From NCBI RefSeq assembly GCF_009914755.1, contig NC_060931.1: 64,000 nucleotides of DNA, one strand, 5' to 3'. This document shows, piece after piece, positions 29,201 through 42,085 of the stretch. Origin of the DNA: the human T2T-CHM13v2.0 reference genome, Homo sapiens. Below the pieces are notes generated by a model. It worked only from the letters and a program-made list of their open reading frames with translations. It made no database searches and had not been told where the DNA came from. How positions within the stretch are numbered: the first letter of the stretch is position 1; each line of letters begins with the position of its first letter. A program made the translations under genes and the position numbers.

Positions 29201-31060
29201 TTGGTGTCCATTCGATGATTCCATTGCATTCCATTCGATGATGATTCTATTCAATTCCATTCGATGATGATTCCAATCGTTTCCATTCAATGATGATTCC
29301 TTTTGGTTGCATTCGATGATTCTATTTTATTCCATTCGAAGATGAATCCATTCTATTCCATTCGATGATTCCATTCGATTCCATTCAATGATGATTCTGT
29401 TTGATTATATTTTATGATGAATCCATTCGAATCCATTTGATGATGATTCCATTCACATCCATTCGATGTTTCCATTTGATTCCATTCAACGACAATTCCA
29501 TTCAAGTCCATTAGATCATTCCATTCGATTCCATTCAATGATGATTCCATTTGATGCCATATGATGATTCCATTCCATTCCATTCGATGATGATTCCATT
29601 CGAGTCCATTCGATGATTCCATTCAATTCCATTCGATGATGATTCCATTTGAGTCCATTCGATGATTCCATTTGATTCCATTTGATGATGATTCCATTTG
29701 GGTCCATTAGATGATTCCATTTGATTCCATTCGATGATGATTCCATTCGAGTGCATTCAATGATTCCATTTGATTCCATTCTCCGATTATTACATTTGAG
29801 TCCATTCGATGATTGCACTGGATTCCATATGATGAAGATTCCATTCAATTCCATTTGATGGTTCCATTCTATTCCATTCAGTGATGATTCCATTCTGGTA
29901 CATTAGATGATTCCATTTGATTCCATTCGATGATGATTCTATTCGTGTCCATTACATGATTCCATTCGATTCCATTCGATGATGATTCAATTCTATTCCA
30001 TTCAAAGATGATTCCATTCAGGTCCATTAGAGGATTCCATTTGATTCCATTCGATGATGATTCTGTTCTATTCCATTCAATGATGACTCCATTCGTGTCC
30101 ATTAGATGATTCCATTCGATTCCATTCGATGACAATTCCGTTCTATTCCATTCAATGATGATTGCATTTGGGTCCATTAGAGGATTCCATTCGATTCCAT
30201 TCGATCATGATTCCATTCGTGTCCATTCGATGATTCCATTCTACTCCATTCGGTGATTATTCCATTCAAGTCCATTCAATGATTCTATTAGAGTCCATTG
30301 AATGATTGCTTTTGATTCCATTCGATGATGATTTCATTCCATTCTATTCGATGATGATTCCACTCGATACCATTCTATGCTTCCTTTCAATTCCATTTGA
30401 TGTTGATTCCATTCTATTTCATTCGATGATTCTATTCGAATCTATTCAATTATGATTCCATTCGAATCCATTCGATGATTCCATTTGATTACATTTGATG
30501 ATGATTCCATTTGATTACATTTGATGATTCCTTTCGAGTCCATTCGATGATGATTCCATTCAAGTCCATTGCATGATGATGCCTTTCGATTCTATTTGAT
30601 GATGACTCCATTCGATTCCATTCGATGATGACTCCGTTTGATTCCATTAGATGATAATTCCATTCTATTCCATTTGATGATGATTCCATTCCATTCCATT
30701 CGATGATGATTCCATTTGATACCATTCTATGATTCCTTTCTATTCCATTTGATGTTGATTCCATTCTATTTCATTCGATGATTCTATTCGAATCTATCAA
30801 TTATGATTCCATTCGATTCCATTCGATGATTGTATTTGATTACATTTGATGATGATTCCATTTGATTACATTTGATGATTCCAAATGATTCCATTCTATG
30901 ATGATTCCTTTCGAGTCCATTCGATGATGATTCCATTCAAGTCCATTGCATGATGATTCCTTTCGAATCCATTCGATGATGACTCCATTCGATTCCATTC
31001 GATGATGATTCCGTTTGATTCCATTCGATGATAATTCCATTCTATTCCATTCGATTATGA
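17230..31060 (-). repeat. HSat2 array, inverted arm (ATTCCATTCGATGATG on +)
   Basis: Same units in reverse complement from 17230. Shares diagnostic variant motifs with the left arm. Confidence 0.95.
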
Positions 31061-31363
31061 TTCCATTCCATTCCTTTCCATTCCATTCCACTACATTCCA
31101 TTACATCCGATTCCATTCCACTCCATTCCACTCCTCTCCTCTCCACTCCACTCCACTCCACTGCATTCCATTCCATTCTATTCCACTGCTTTCCATTCCA
31201 TTCCTTTCTTTCAAGAGTGTCTCACTCTGTCACCCATCATGTAGCACAATGGCACAATCTCATCTCCCATTCCATTCCATTCCTCTCCATTCAATTCCAT
31301 TGGATTCAATTCCATTCAATTCCTTTCCATTTCATTCTATTCCATTCCATTCCATTCCATTCG
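31061..31363 (-). repeat. (CATTC/CACTC)n pure-pentamer HSat3-like tip at the array edge
   Basis: GATG triplets disappear and ttccattcca/ctccactcca pentamers take over. Ends at ...cattcg|aaaaagaaagagttgc. Confidence 0.85.
31201..31266 (-). mobile_element. Degenerate Alu 3'-end fragment embedded in the pentamer tip
   Basis: ttcctttctttcaagagtgtctcactctgtcacccatcatgtagcacaatggcacaatctcatctc aligns by eye to antisense Alu tttgagacagagtctcactctgtcacccaggctggagtgcagtggcacaatctcagctc. Confidence 0.7.
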
Positions 31364-31559
31364 AAAAAGAAAGAGTTGCAAAGTCATACTCATTTTTCTG
31401 CTCTTGTCAGACAATTAAGTGTTCTTTGAATACTTCAGCCCTAATAATTTTCTTTTTATCATACATATTGCAGTGCTTATCTAATTTTAAATATATTTTT
31501 GTTTCAAAACCCAGTTTCTTATTTGTTCTATCTGTATGTTTGCAATATATTATACTCTC

Positions 31560-32200
31560 TGTTCATTCTTTGATTTCAGAACTTCGACCTTTCTGAAGAA
31601 TATTTTCAGAGTTTCTCTGTAGTTTCTTTAGTGGAATTCTGCTGGTGACGTTTTGTTTTTTATCTCTAAATATGTTATTTAGCCATAGGTTGATGAATAT
31701 TTTTCTTCGTTTAGAAATTCAGAATGGCATTATTATTCTTAACAAATAATATTGTTTATTTAACCTTTCATTTTTTTCAGATTTCAATATGATTAAAAGT
31801 AATTTCATTTTTCTAGTGCTAATTGAAATATTTTTCCCTTCCTCATTGTTTACTATTTCTCTAGGAGATACATAGGTGTAGGTTTATCTCCATCATAGCT
31901 TGCTTAGCAAGCATGGAATTTTTGAATACGCAGATTAGCGTCTTACAAAAGTCTAGGGAACTTTCAGCCAAAATACCATCACATATTGTTCCTTTCCAGT
32001 TCCCTTCTTCTATGAGAACACTCTCTAAACACATGCTACACTTTCTCACTGTATCTTCCATGTCTCTTCATCATTCTGTCCACATTTTACATTTTTTAAA
32101 ATTTTCTGTAATGCATTCTGAAATATTTATGAACTCTCACCTTGGCTATGTCTAATCTGATGAGTACATTTTTGAGTTTTTAATTTAAAATAACTATATT
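31560..32200 (-). mobile_element. Ancient L1M remnant (ORF1 to ORF2 region)
   Basis: Minus ORF 31861-32061 (EDTVRKCSMCLESVLIEEGNWKGTICDGILAESSLDF) resembles L1M ORF1 EDRSRRSNIRLIGVPE...IFEEIMAENF. Antisense ttctttagtggaattctgctggtgac motif also present. Confidence 0.6.
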
Positions 32201-34599
32201 TTTATACAAACTACTTTCCAAATTTGCTACATGAATTTTTTAGTCTCCTAACAATATATTCATTTTTTAAAAAAATTTTGAAAGCAAATGTGCTTTATAA
32301 TCTAACAGTGATATTTCTACTAATGAACCTTTGTGGATCTGTTTGTACTCTTTTTCTGCTTTCCTTTCAAAGGGCGGAATATCATTTCGTTGCATACTCA
32401 GATGCCTTTGAATGACAAATACTTATTTTTCTCTGAAAATTATTTTTGTGCACTTTTGCAGATTAGTAAATAGAAAATTTGTCAAAGATAATTTGAATTC
32501 TTTTGTGATTCTACTAAAGGCACCACCATTCTGGGACCACATTATGTTAATTCCTGGCCTAAAGGTGTTCGGACGTATGTTTGGACTGCACATTTAAACA
32601 ATTTTTAAATTAATTGCTGTAAATCATTAACGATTGAGTTTCTTTAAATCTGTCCAATCTCAAGTCATTTTTATTTGCCATTTCCAGGGAATGTGAAATG
32701 GGACTAATTTACCTCTGATTCTTCTTTATACTGAGGATAGAAATTTTTGTCCTAGCTTTAGGGAAGAGCTCCTGTGTGATGCCCTATCTTGGGAAACACT
32801 ATGTATTTCTTTACTGTCCTATGTGATGTATGACAGTAGGAATCTGCACGCATTCATTTTGCTACATGTCCGTAGGGCAAAATCAGTTTTGGTGTTTAGT
32901 TATATTTTGTCTGCTCCCTGCATTCCCATGGTTTTGAACTTATATTTTAATTTTATTTGTGAACATACCAGTGCTTCAAATTTTTTCCAGTAATATATTC
33001 AACTATATTATGAGAAAGAGAAAAATTTTGATAAAACACAAATTTCATGTTTTCCTTCTCTAATTGGCTTTTACTTAAAAATATAGGTAAAATTTATTTG
33101 TGTTTTTTGCTATTTCTGTTTAGCTATTCTCTGTTTGTCTATGTCTTCTCCACATAGACACAATTAGGAAATTTTGTACACTCTTGTGCCAACTGCTTTG
33201 ATAGTAACAAAATGTATTTCTCGAACTCCTAGGTATAAAACTAAAGTATCCACAATTTAAATTCTTTTTCCCTCACTTCTACTATGTTTCCAGTCTCAAT
33301 AGAAATCGATGCCAATCCAGAAACACAAGCATTATTCTAATACTTCTCACACATTACAGGTAAAGATTAAATTTTCTAGATCTCCTTAAATACTATAATT
33401 TTCACTACTTGTATCTTAATTGTTAAGTTCAGCATTTTCTATAATATTAATAAGTTGTGAAAATTTCCTTACTTTCTTATTTGTCCCAAGTTCAAGGTTC
33501 TGCAGTCTCTACCTCACCCTGTGAAGCATAAACATTGTACTATGCTGTACAAATATTACATAGTTCATGTGCTTAGAGATTGCACAATTTTTATTTGGTT
33601 GACAATAGCTAATGTTTTCTTCTTCATTTTCTATTTCCTGATTTTTCTTTATTTTGTATATGCTACTTTATCATAAAAATAAGAACTTTTTACAAACTAA
33701 AGCAAAAGAAACCCTAGGAAAAAAATGCACAAATAAAATATATAAACATACATTTATATGTACCATGTACACTTCTAATTTATTTAGACTTTTAATTGTA
33801 GTACAATTTTAATTAAAGTCTGTGTATTATCTGTCATCGTCTTAGTATTTTTTATATAACAAATTGTGTAAATCAAAAAGCCTCAATGTCATTATAAACT
33901 ATCTTGGCAGAGGTTGATGTCCAAGGAATAATTTCTCTCCCAAATTATGTCAATCAGAATTTCACTCTACCGTAATTCTTTTAATCAGTTTCAGAGGAAT
34001 CATAAATTTCAAAATTGTTCAAGGTAGTTGTTGTAGTTCAAGTACATTTAGACAGGTGTAAAACTGTAGACAGACTGATACAAATATATTCTAATTGACA
34101 CAAAAGTATATGGGACCTATTTTAAAATCTAGACTTTAAAATGTCGTGTCAACATATGCATGTTCTCCTTGTAAAATAATTGCTTTTTATTCTCTGGATA
34201 GAATAATTTAGTCTTTAAACATTCAATTCATTGTTAAAAACAAAATATTACATAAGGATACGCTTATAAAAATAATTCACAACTAGCTTTTCAATTCAGA
34301 AATATATGTGAAAAATCATCAAGCATCTAATGGATTTCAAGGAGAAATGGGTTAGTAATTTATTCCATATGTCTCTATTTTTCCTAGATTCAAGGCTTCC
34401 TTTAAAACATTTGTAGACATTTAAGAAACCATGTAAACTAAAAAGAAGAAATTGTGACACTGCCGCTTAGGTTTTTTAAATCTTTGGACATGAATCAATA
34501 CACTTTTTAATTTTATCTTAATTAGACATTGTGAGTTCACTATCTTCCTGTCAGTGTAGCATCCAAGCTGATTATCATAGATTACAAGTTCAACTATCA

Positions 34600-35030
34600 A
34601 CTGTGTTCTGAGAGTCTAAAAAAATAAATGAATGTATTTGTTTGGGTATTCTTAAAGCAGGAGTGAGGACACAGCAAAAGTGAGACAAGGAAGAGAGAAC
34701 AAAATAAAACAGGAAAGATAGAAAAGCCAATACCACACGTGTTAAGAGGCAAGTTCCTGTGTATATATCTGGGCTTAATTCTATGGGAAGCTATGTGGAA
34801 CATGCCTCAGAATTACATCACTGAATCCGGGGAGATTCTTCTTAGTTATCCTCACCTTTTCTTCCCACTTCATGTCCAGTAACAAGCTCCCGTTCTGCTA
34901 GAGAAAGTCCTCAGCTAGAAACAGGTGCAAATTCTGGAGATGAGACCTTGTAGAGTGTTAAGAATGGTTTTCTTCCCAGCAGCTACAGGTAAGGAATAGG
35001 GGCTGGGCTATTAATACATCTGCTACAAAT
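34600..35030. mobile_element. Probable old ERVL LTR (LTR16/LTR33-like) remnant
   Basis: Motifs aagtgagacaaggaagagag...aaagccaata, ctgggcttaattctatggg, catgcctcagaatt, agaaagtcctcag recall LTR16-type LTRs. Recognised by eye only. Confidence 0.35.
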
Positions 35031-35139
35031 CAATATAAACCTTATGCTCCTTTTGGTGATCGACAATGTATTTAAAATATTAGATGATTAAGAAGGGCTG
35101 CAGAAAGGAGGAAAAAGAAACAAACAGCACACCTCTTGG

Positions 35140-35284
35140 TTTATTTTTTTTATTTTTTTTATTTTTTGGTTTGATAGAACTATGATGTATTTCTTTTTTT
35201 TTTTATCATACTTTAAGTTTTAGGGTACATGTGCACATTGTGCAGGTTAGTTATATATGTATACATGTGCCATGCTGGTGCGCT
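35140..35284 (-). mobile_element. Extremely 5'-truncated young L1 (L1HS/L1PA2-type 3' end, ~80 nt) with two poly(A) tails
   Basis: 35205-35284 atcatactttaagttttagggtacatgtgcacattgtgcaggttagtta...catgctggtgcgct is the antisense 3' terminus with young-subfamily variants (cacattgtg, gttagtta, ggtgcgct). T11 at 35194-35204 and a second T tract at 35140-35167. Confidence 0.9.
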
Positions 35285-37910
35285 CATTTCATCTGTTTCA
35301 AGGAAAATGTGTTGGGAGTTCCTGGCATAGAGAATGTCACAAAGATATGTTTTCAATATCGGTGCTATCCCTAGGGCAGAGAAGATCCAGAGAAAGCCCA
35401 AGTGGCTGCTGGAACAAAGTCAGACACCGTGCCACCTGTCCACACTCCTTGGCTCTGCCATCATGCTGAAGATTGGTTTAAAGAACTGGCTTCCCTCCCC
35501 GCAAAATTAAAAGAGCACAAACTGAGAAACTGAATGTGGGAGACAGCAGTGGATTATGCTGTTCTCAGGGGTCACCTCAGGTTTGGAAGCATTCTTTCAA
35601 ATTAACCCATCTCAGGCCATCTGCAGAGAAGAAAGGTGGTACCTAACTTTTTTTCTTGTCAGCACTTGGTAGGGGTGTTTTATTGACCAAATATGTTCCC
35701 ACAACCTAGTTTTTTGTAACTAACTAAATATAGTAGATTTTTTAATTTTATCATCAAAATCTATAGACAATTTTTTATTAAAATAGGCTCCACATCTATG
35801 TCCTGCTTTTCTTCTTATTAATTACATTGCTGTATAAAAGAACAAGATTTCAGAATCAAGAATATCTTGTCTCTTGGCATTGAATTTATACAAGGTGCTC
35901 TTTCTTTAATGCTGTCTCAAAGGACATATTTTTACTCATTAAAAAGGAAGATCGGAATCTAGTTGTATGCACTGCTCCAACATATTAATAATTAAAATTA
36001 GGATGTAAATGTCGTCAAAGCTATAGAAAGACTTGAGATGTCATTTATATCGATTACTCTATAGCACTCTACAAACAGAAATTGTGAAATAATAGTTTAT
36101 ATAAATATTCTGTAGCATTTCAAATATTGGAGTGCCTGAAGTTTCTCCTCTTATATAGTTCAGATTATCAATTTGAAGACTTGCTCCGCTGGTTAAAAAG
36201 TTTTTAGTCTCGTTTGAGTATTATATAAAAGCAATTTTCAGTTAAATGTGTTCCGCTTACATAAAACATTAGAAATTAGTGAGTATTTAATTACATTTTC
36301 GTGTTCCTGTAATGCCTTTAGAAGATTTTCATATTATTACCTATCAATACATGTATGCTTTGTCTAAGAAAAATCAATCATATACATCATTGAAATGGAA
36401 ACTTTTTAAAAGTACTTATTAATTCTATTGAAAAACCACATCCATTGGAGCAATTACAATATAATATTGTAAACATGTAAATATATATCCTATGTCTATT
36501 TTATATATAAGCATATATGATTAAAAATATAGTTAAGAATTTTTAAACCTAGTATTATAAAGTAAAAATTAATTAAACTTCTGATGATTATTTGTTAATT
36601 AAGATAAAATTATTTTGATTTGGGTGATTTTAAATGAACAAAAATATTAAATTACATGACAAAAATTCTTTATAAAATGTTTACGATTTTTACATTGGTT
36701 TTATCACTTTTTCCACTATTTTAAGATGATCTGCCTTGTTTAAAACACTGTATTCATCTTAATAAAATTAAATTCCATTTGTAAAAATATTAACAAATGA
36801 TTTGCTCTATTATGCAGTGCGGTTGTAAACTGAGTCAGTATCTCAAGATTTGATCCCCCTTATCGTCATCCGTGGCCCTATTTGTTTGATAAATATAGTG
36901 TCTTTTTCCATGCCTGTCACATCTCTATTGCTCATTTATTTTTGTCCTTGTCCCTTATAGGGAGCATTGCCTATCTCTAGATTAAGCAAAAGTTGCATCT
37001 TAAAAAAGCACAATAACCTGCTCAAACTTTCTCACACAGAGAAATGTTTGTTAAGTAATTAAAGTGTAGATGATGATACAAAGAGCTTGATTAAATAAGA
37101 TGCCAAAGTGCCCTCGTGATTCAGAATATGAATGGTATTTAATGCCTTTGAAATCAATAATTGCTGAGTGACAGTAATTAATGCCAATATTTCAGAAGTT
37201 GTTCTGGTTAGTGAAATGTGTACAACATGTAAAAATTTCCAAACTCTGAAGGGCAACATTATTCTATAATTAAGAATTAAGAATTAATTCACATTAATTA
37301 GTGGGGAGAAATAATTTTAAGAATTAATGACTGAGAAAACGTTTTTATTTTTTATTTAGAAAATTATTTTGTGCATGAGCATTAGTGCAAGCTTTGCAAG
37401 AAACATAAATTTATAGAAACAATTATGTGCACAAGATGAATTTAATGATATCTTGATATTTTCCACTACTACAGTTGTATTTGGTAAATCTTCAAATGCC
37501 CATCATCTAAAGATCATAAATGAATCTTGGAAATCTTGTAGGTAAGGGTAAATATAAGGATGCATCCAATTACATTTACACACACATACAATTACATTTA
37601 TACAAACATACATGCACACACGCTCACTGATACAGGCATGCATATATATACATGAATTTACCAATTGATTTTAACTAATATTTATAAGAGCCTGTAGGAT
37701 TGATATATATTGTTGAACCTGAAAAATATTTATTATATACATGTTTAAAATACACAAAGAAATAAATACTAATTGCACTAGGCATTTGAAACTGTACTTA
37801 AATATAAGCTGTGATCATTACAAATTCTTACACTGAATAAATATTTTTATTTTTATAATAATATGTCTGATACACGTGTACATTTTTTAAAATGTATTAT
37901 TTTTGTCATA

Positions 37911-38249
37911 GAGTCATGTCATGCATAATAATATTTCAGTCAAAAATGGATTACATATACAAAAGTGGTCCCATGAGATAATACATATTTTTACATACTT
38001 TTCTATGTTTAATTATGTTTACATACATAAACTCTTACCACTGTGTTCTTATTGCCTGCAGTATTCAGTATAGTAATGTAGTACACAGGTTTGTAGCCTA
38101 GGAGAGAGAGGTTATACCATATAACCTAAACGTGGTAGGCTGTACAAACTAGGTGTTTGTAATATTCTCTCTGACGTTTGCAAAATGATGAAATTGCCTA
38201 TGGATGCATCTGTTAGAACGTATCCCTGTCATTCAGTGATGCGTGACTG
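37911..38249 (+). mobile_element. Tigger3a/MER47A-type TcMar DNA transposon MITE
   Basis: Starts (ta)gagtcatgtcatgcataat...catatacaaaagtggtcccatgagat and ends agaacgtatccctgtcattcagtgatgcgtgactg. Degenerate CAGTCATG...CATGACTG TIRs, TA upstream. Confidence 0.8.
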
Positions 38250-38849
38250 TGCTAAAATGCTAAATCTAAGTTTCAATGACCTCCATAAAATTGTTGTACT
38301 GTGAAATACAAATCTCTCACCTACGGCCTGAATATGCTTGCAAACTAAGCAGATCATGGGAAGGAGAATGTGCTGGCATCGCTGGGATGATTTTCTCACA
38401 CTACATGAATAATATCTCCAGACTTTGCGAATATGAGCCACTTGCATAGAGTTAAATTAAGCATCTCTTTGCTGGGAAATTTATCAAATGGGAGTATGAA
38501 GTGTTTTTAAAAGATACTTGTTTGTTTGTAGACGGTAGGCTTACAGTGGCTCATGGCAATGGTTGAGGTTGCTAAGATTTGGTGGAAGAAGGCAAAATGA
38601 AATGGCCACTTATATGGTATAAGGATCACTTGTTTCTTTTGAGTTACAGATTCAGCTGGCTATTTCTCCGAATGTTAGTTATTTGGAGAAAAGAAACATG
38701 ATAGTAATTTTGGGGTAACAAATACAATATTTGATGAAAGCAAATTTATTGAGGGTTAGACAAACTACAAGATAATTTAGGCTGCGAAGTCAACACGAGA
38801 CTTCTGGCCCAAATTGTGCAGAGTTTGCGTCCAGATGCAAAGTTCAAAG

Positions 38850-39150
38850 GAAGAGGCCATATAAGATGATTCGCACTTTTTTCACCAACTGCCAGTTCAA
38901 AGGTTTCCCCAGAACACCCTCAGTTTCAAGAATTTACTAAAAAGACTCACAGAACTCATTGAATGCCATTGTACTCAAGGTTTATAATAGAGAAAGGGTA
39001 GAAATTAGGACCAATCAAAGGAAGAGACGTATCACATAAGTTGGAGTCTAGGAGGATTTTGAATGTTAAGTTTCCATTGTCTTCAGCACATATTACCTGT
39101 CATTGTTGTACAGCAATAAACATGGAGTACTACCAACCTGGGGAGCTCAC
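38850..39150. mobile_element. MER21/MER77-like ERVL LTR fragment
   Basis: caccctcagtttcaagaatttactaaaaagactcacagaactca...gtactcaaggtttataatagagaaaggg...aaaggaagagac matches the remembered MER21-group core. Confidence 0.5.
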
Positions 39151-39169
39151 CTGATGCTAAAAAGACACT

Positions 39170-41730
39170 ATTTTGAAAATGAAAAGACAAAGGAAAGGAG
39201 GAGATAAGATGACCTTCCACATTAAGGCATTGGAAAGAATAGCAAACTAAACCTAAAGCCAGCAGAAGGAAGAAAATAAAAATTAGAGAAATTAATAATT
39301 TATAATATTAATCATATTTGTTAGTATTGACTAATTGATATTAATTCCTGACTGACTTTTTTTAAAAAGAGAAATATTCACTTCCCAATTTATTCTGTGG
39401 GGCCAGTGTTACCTTGATACAAAAATTAGTCCAAATAGTGTAGAAAAATAAAATAACTATAAGTATAAATGCAAAATTCCTTAAAAAATACTAAAAAATC
39501 AGATCTAGCAACATATAAAAGAATTATACACTATGACAAAGTGAAATTTATACTAGTAATCTCAGGTTGGTTTAACAGCCCAAAATCCATTAAGGTAATA
39601 CATCTTATCCATAGAATAAGACACGAGAATTGCATGATCATCTCGATAGATTCAGAAAAGACATTTACCAAAATCCAAATGCTTTAATGATTAAAAATAA
39701 AAATAAAAACTCAATGAACCAGGAAGAGAGAACTTTCTACACCAGATACATGGCACCTGCGAAAAGCCAACAGCAAGCATGCAACTTAATGGTAAAGGAT
39801 GCTTTCCCGCTATGGTCAGAGATAAGAATAGGATATATAATTGGACCTCTTCTAGTGAACACTGTACTAAAGATTTTAAGCAGGGCAAATCGGCAACTAA
39901 AAAAAAAAGAGTCACCCATATTGAACAGGAAGAAATAAAACTTTATTTCAAAATAACATTCTTGTATATAGAAAATTTTAAGGAATCCATTGAACGATAG
40001 AACTCGTAAATTATTTCAGCAATATTACAGAATACAAGATAAATGTACAAAAATCAACTGCACACATCTACAATGAAAACCCCAAAATGAAATTAAGAAA
40101 ACACTTCAATTTAAAATAGCATCAAAAAAAGAAATAATAATTAATTTGGAAAATGTGATACAAGATTTTACTCTGAAAATTAAAAATTATTGTTTAAAGA
40201 ATATATAAATAATTAGCAAACATCTTCCATCCATGAATTGGAAGATTTAATATTGTAGTACTTTACAAGTTGAACTACAGATTTGACGTAATGCCTGCAA
40301 ATATCCTAACAGACTTCTGTCTAGAAACTGACAAGCTGATTCTAAAATACACATGGGATTGTAAGGGACTCAAAATAGCCAAAATAGTCTTGATAAAAGA
40401 AAACATATTAGGATAATTCACACCCCCGTGCTCCAAACCTTACGGCAAAGTATCAGTAATCAAGACAACAAAATACTGATGAAGGAAAATTATATAGATT
40501 GATGGAAGAGAATTGAGAGTCCATATATAAAACTATGTATCTATAGTCAATGGATTCTGAAAGTGGTGCCATGTGCAATTCAATGAGGAAGAGACAGTCT
40601 TTGACCACACTGAGTCAACAACGTACACGTGGATCGCCACTTGCAAAATAGTAAATTGGAACCCTTACCCCAAAGCATACAAAAATATTAACTCAAATGA
40701 ATTAAAGACATACATGCAAGAGCTAGAATAAAGCATATGTGAAAATCTTCAGGATTTTGGATCTAGCAAAAAAATAGCTGTAACACCAAAAACATGAGCA
40801 GCAAAATAAAAATTAGATATTTAAAATTTCTTAAAAAATAAAGACATTGGTGTTTCAAAGGACAACCAAGCAAGTCAAAAGGCAGCTCAAAAATTGTGAG
40901 AAAATATTTGAGAAACACATGTCTATATGTCTGCTTATATATGTACCTTGAATATAGAAAAATTGTTTTAACTCAGTAACAAAAATCCCAACTCAAAACT
41001 GATAAATGATAGGAATAGTTGTGTATCCCAAGAAGATACACGAACGGTCAATAATCCCATAAAAAATACTCAACAGCATCACTCATCAGGCAACTACAAA
41101 TCAAAACCACAGTTAAATACTCTATGGCTAGAACTGGCCACTTTGGAAAATAGGTTGATGGCTTCTAAATATATGAAACATAGAATTGTCATATGACCCA
41201 GAAATTTATTCCCAGGTATACCCCCAGAGTATTGGAAAGAGGTGTTCAAACACAAATTGTACACAAGTATTTTAACAGCAGCATTTAAAATAGCCAAAGG
41301 CTGAACACAACTCAAATGTCAACAAAATAGTATTGGATAAACAAAATGTTATATCCATGAAATTGAATGTTATACAGTTATAAAAAGAAATAAAGTACTA
41401 ATACGGATATGAACCTTGATAGCATTATGCCAATTGAAAGAAGCCAGGCACAAAAGGCCACCTATTCTATGATTCTATTTAGATGAAAATAGAATAGGAA
41501 GATCTACAGAGACAGAAAACAGATTTGTTGTTGCTTAGGATTGAGTAGGGGATGAGTGCATAGGAGGTTAACAGCTAGAGACGGTGGGGTTTCTTTTTGA
41601 AGGGATGAAAATGCTCTAAAATTCATTGTGATGATGGCTCCACTTATCTGTGTATATACTAAAAGCCACTGACTTGTAGACATTAATATGTGCACTCTAC
41701 AGTGTGTAAATTATATCTCAATAAATCCTT
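39170..41730 (+). mobile_element. Old L1 (L1MB-type) ORF2 RT remnant plus 3' UTR
   Basis: ORF 39469-39687 YKRIIHYDKVKFILVISGWFN...CMIISIDSEKTFTKIQ corresponds to L1 RT [20 protein letters not shown]...HMIISIDAEKAFDKIQ. 3' end gatgaaaatgctctaaaatt...aaattatatctcaataaa. Many stops and frameshifts. Confidence 0.85.
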
Positions 41731-41749
41731 TCAAAAATACACAGAAGAC

Positions 41750-42085
41750 TAAGGGGTTTTGGACTGTTGCAGCTGGGAGACAGTTTGAAATACTGAATAG
41801 GTCTCATCGAGAATGTGAGGTTTCAGTAAAGACTTGAGAAAGTTGAATGAGCTGATCAGTGTATATATGGAGGGCTATCTTTCCAAGCCAAGAAATTAAC
41901 TAGAGTCTTGGTCATAAGGCAGCAGCATGTTGGCATGTCCAGAGAACAGTGAGGTGGCCAGGACCACTGGTAAGATCAAGGGTGAAGACATAAAAGAATT
42001 TTGGCTGTTAACATGCGGCAGATCATGATGGGCTTGCAGACCATTGTAAGAATTGTGACTTTTAGTGTAAATGAAATGGGGAGAT
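41750..42085 (-). mobile_element. L2 (LINE2) fragment
   Basis: agatcatgatgggcttgcagaccattgtaagaattgtgacttttagtgtaaatgaaatgggga matches the antisense L2 motif. Confidence 0.55.

Noticed and set aside
1-31060. CRISPR-like or alpha-satellite/CENP-B-box array
   Set aside because: No constant repeat with unique spacers, no cas genes and no 171-bp alphoid monomers. The sequence is eukaryotic classical satellite.
326-31596. ~150 short ORFs rich in MESNGIIEW / IPFDSIR peptides
   Set aside because: Direct translations of HSat2/HSat3 units in overlapping frames, with no splice, domain or codon evidence.
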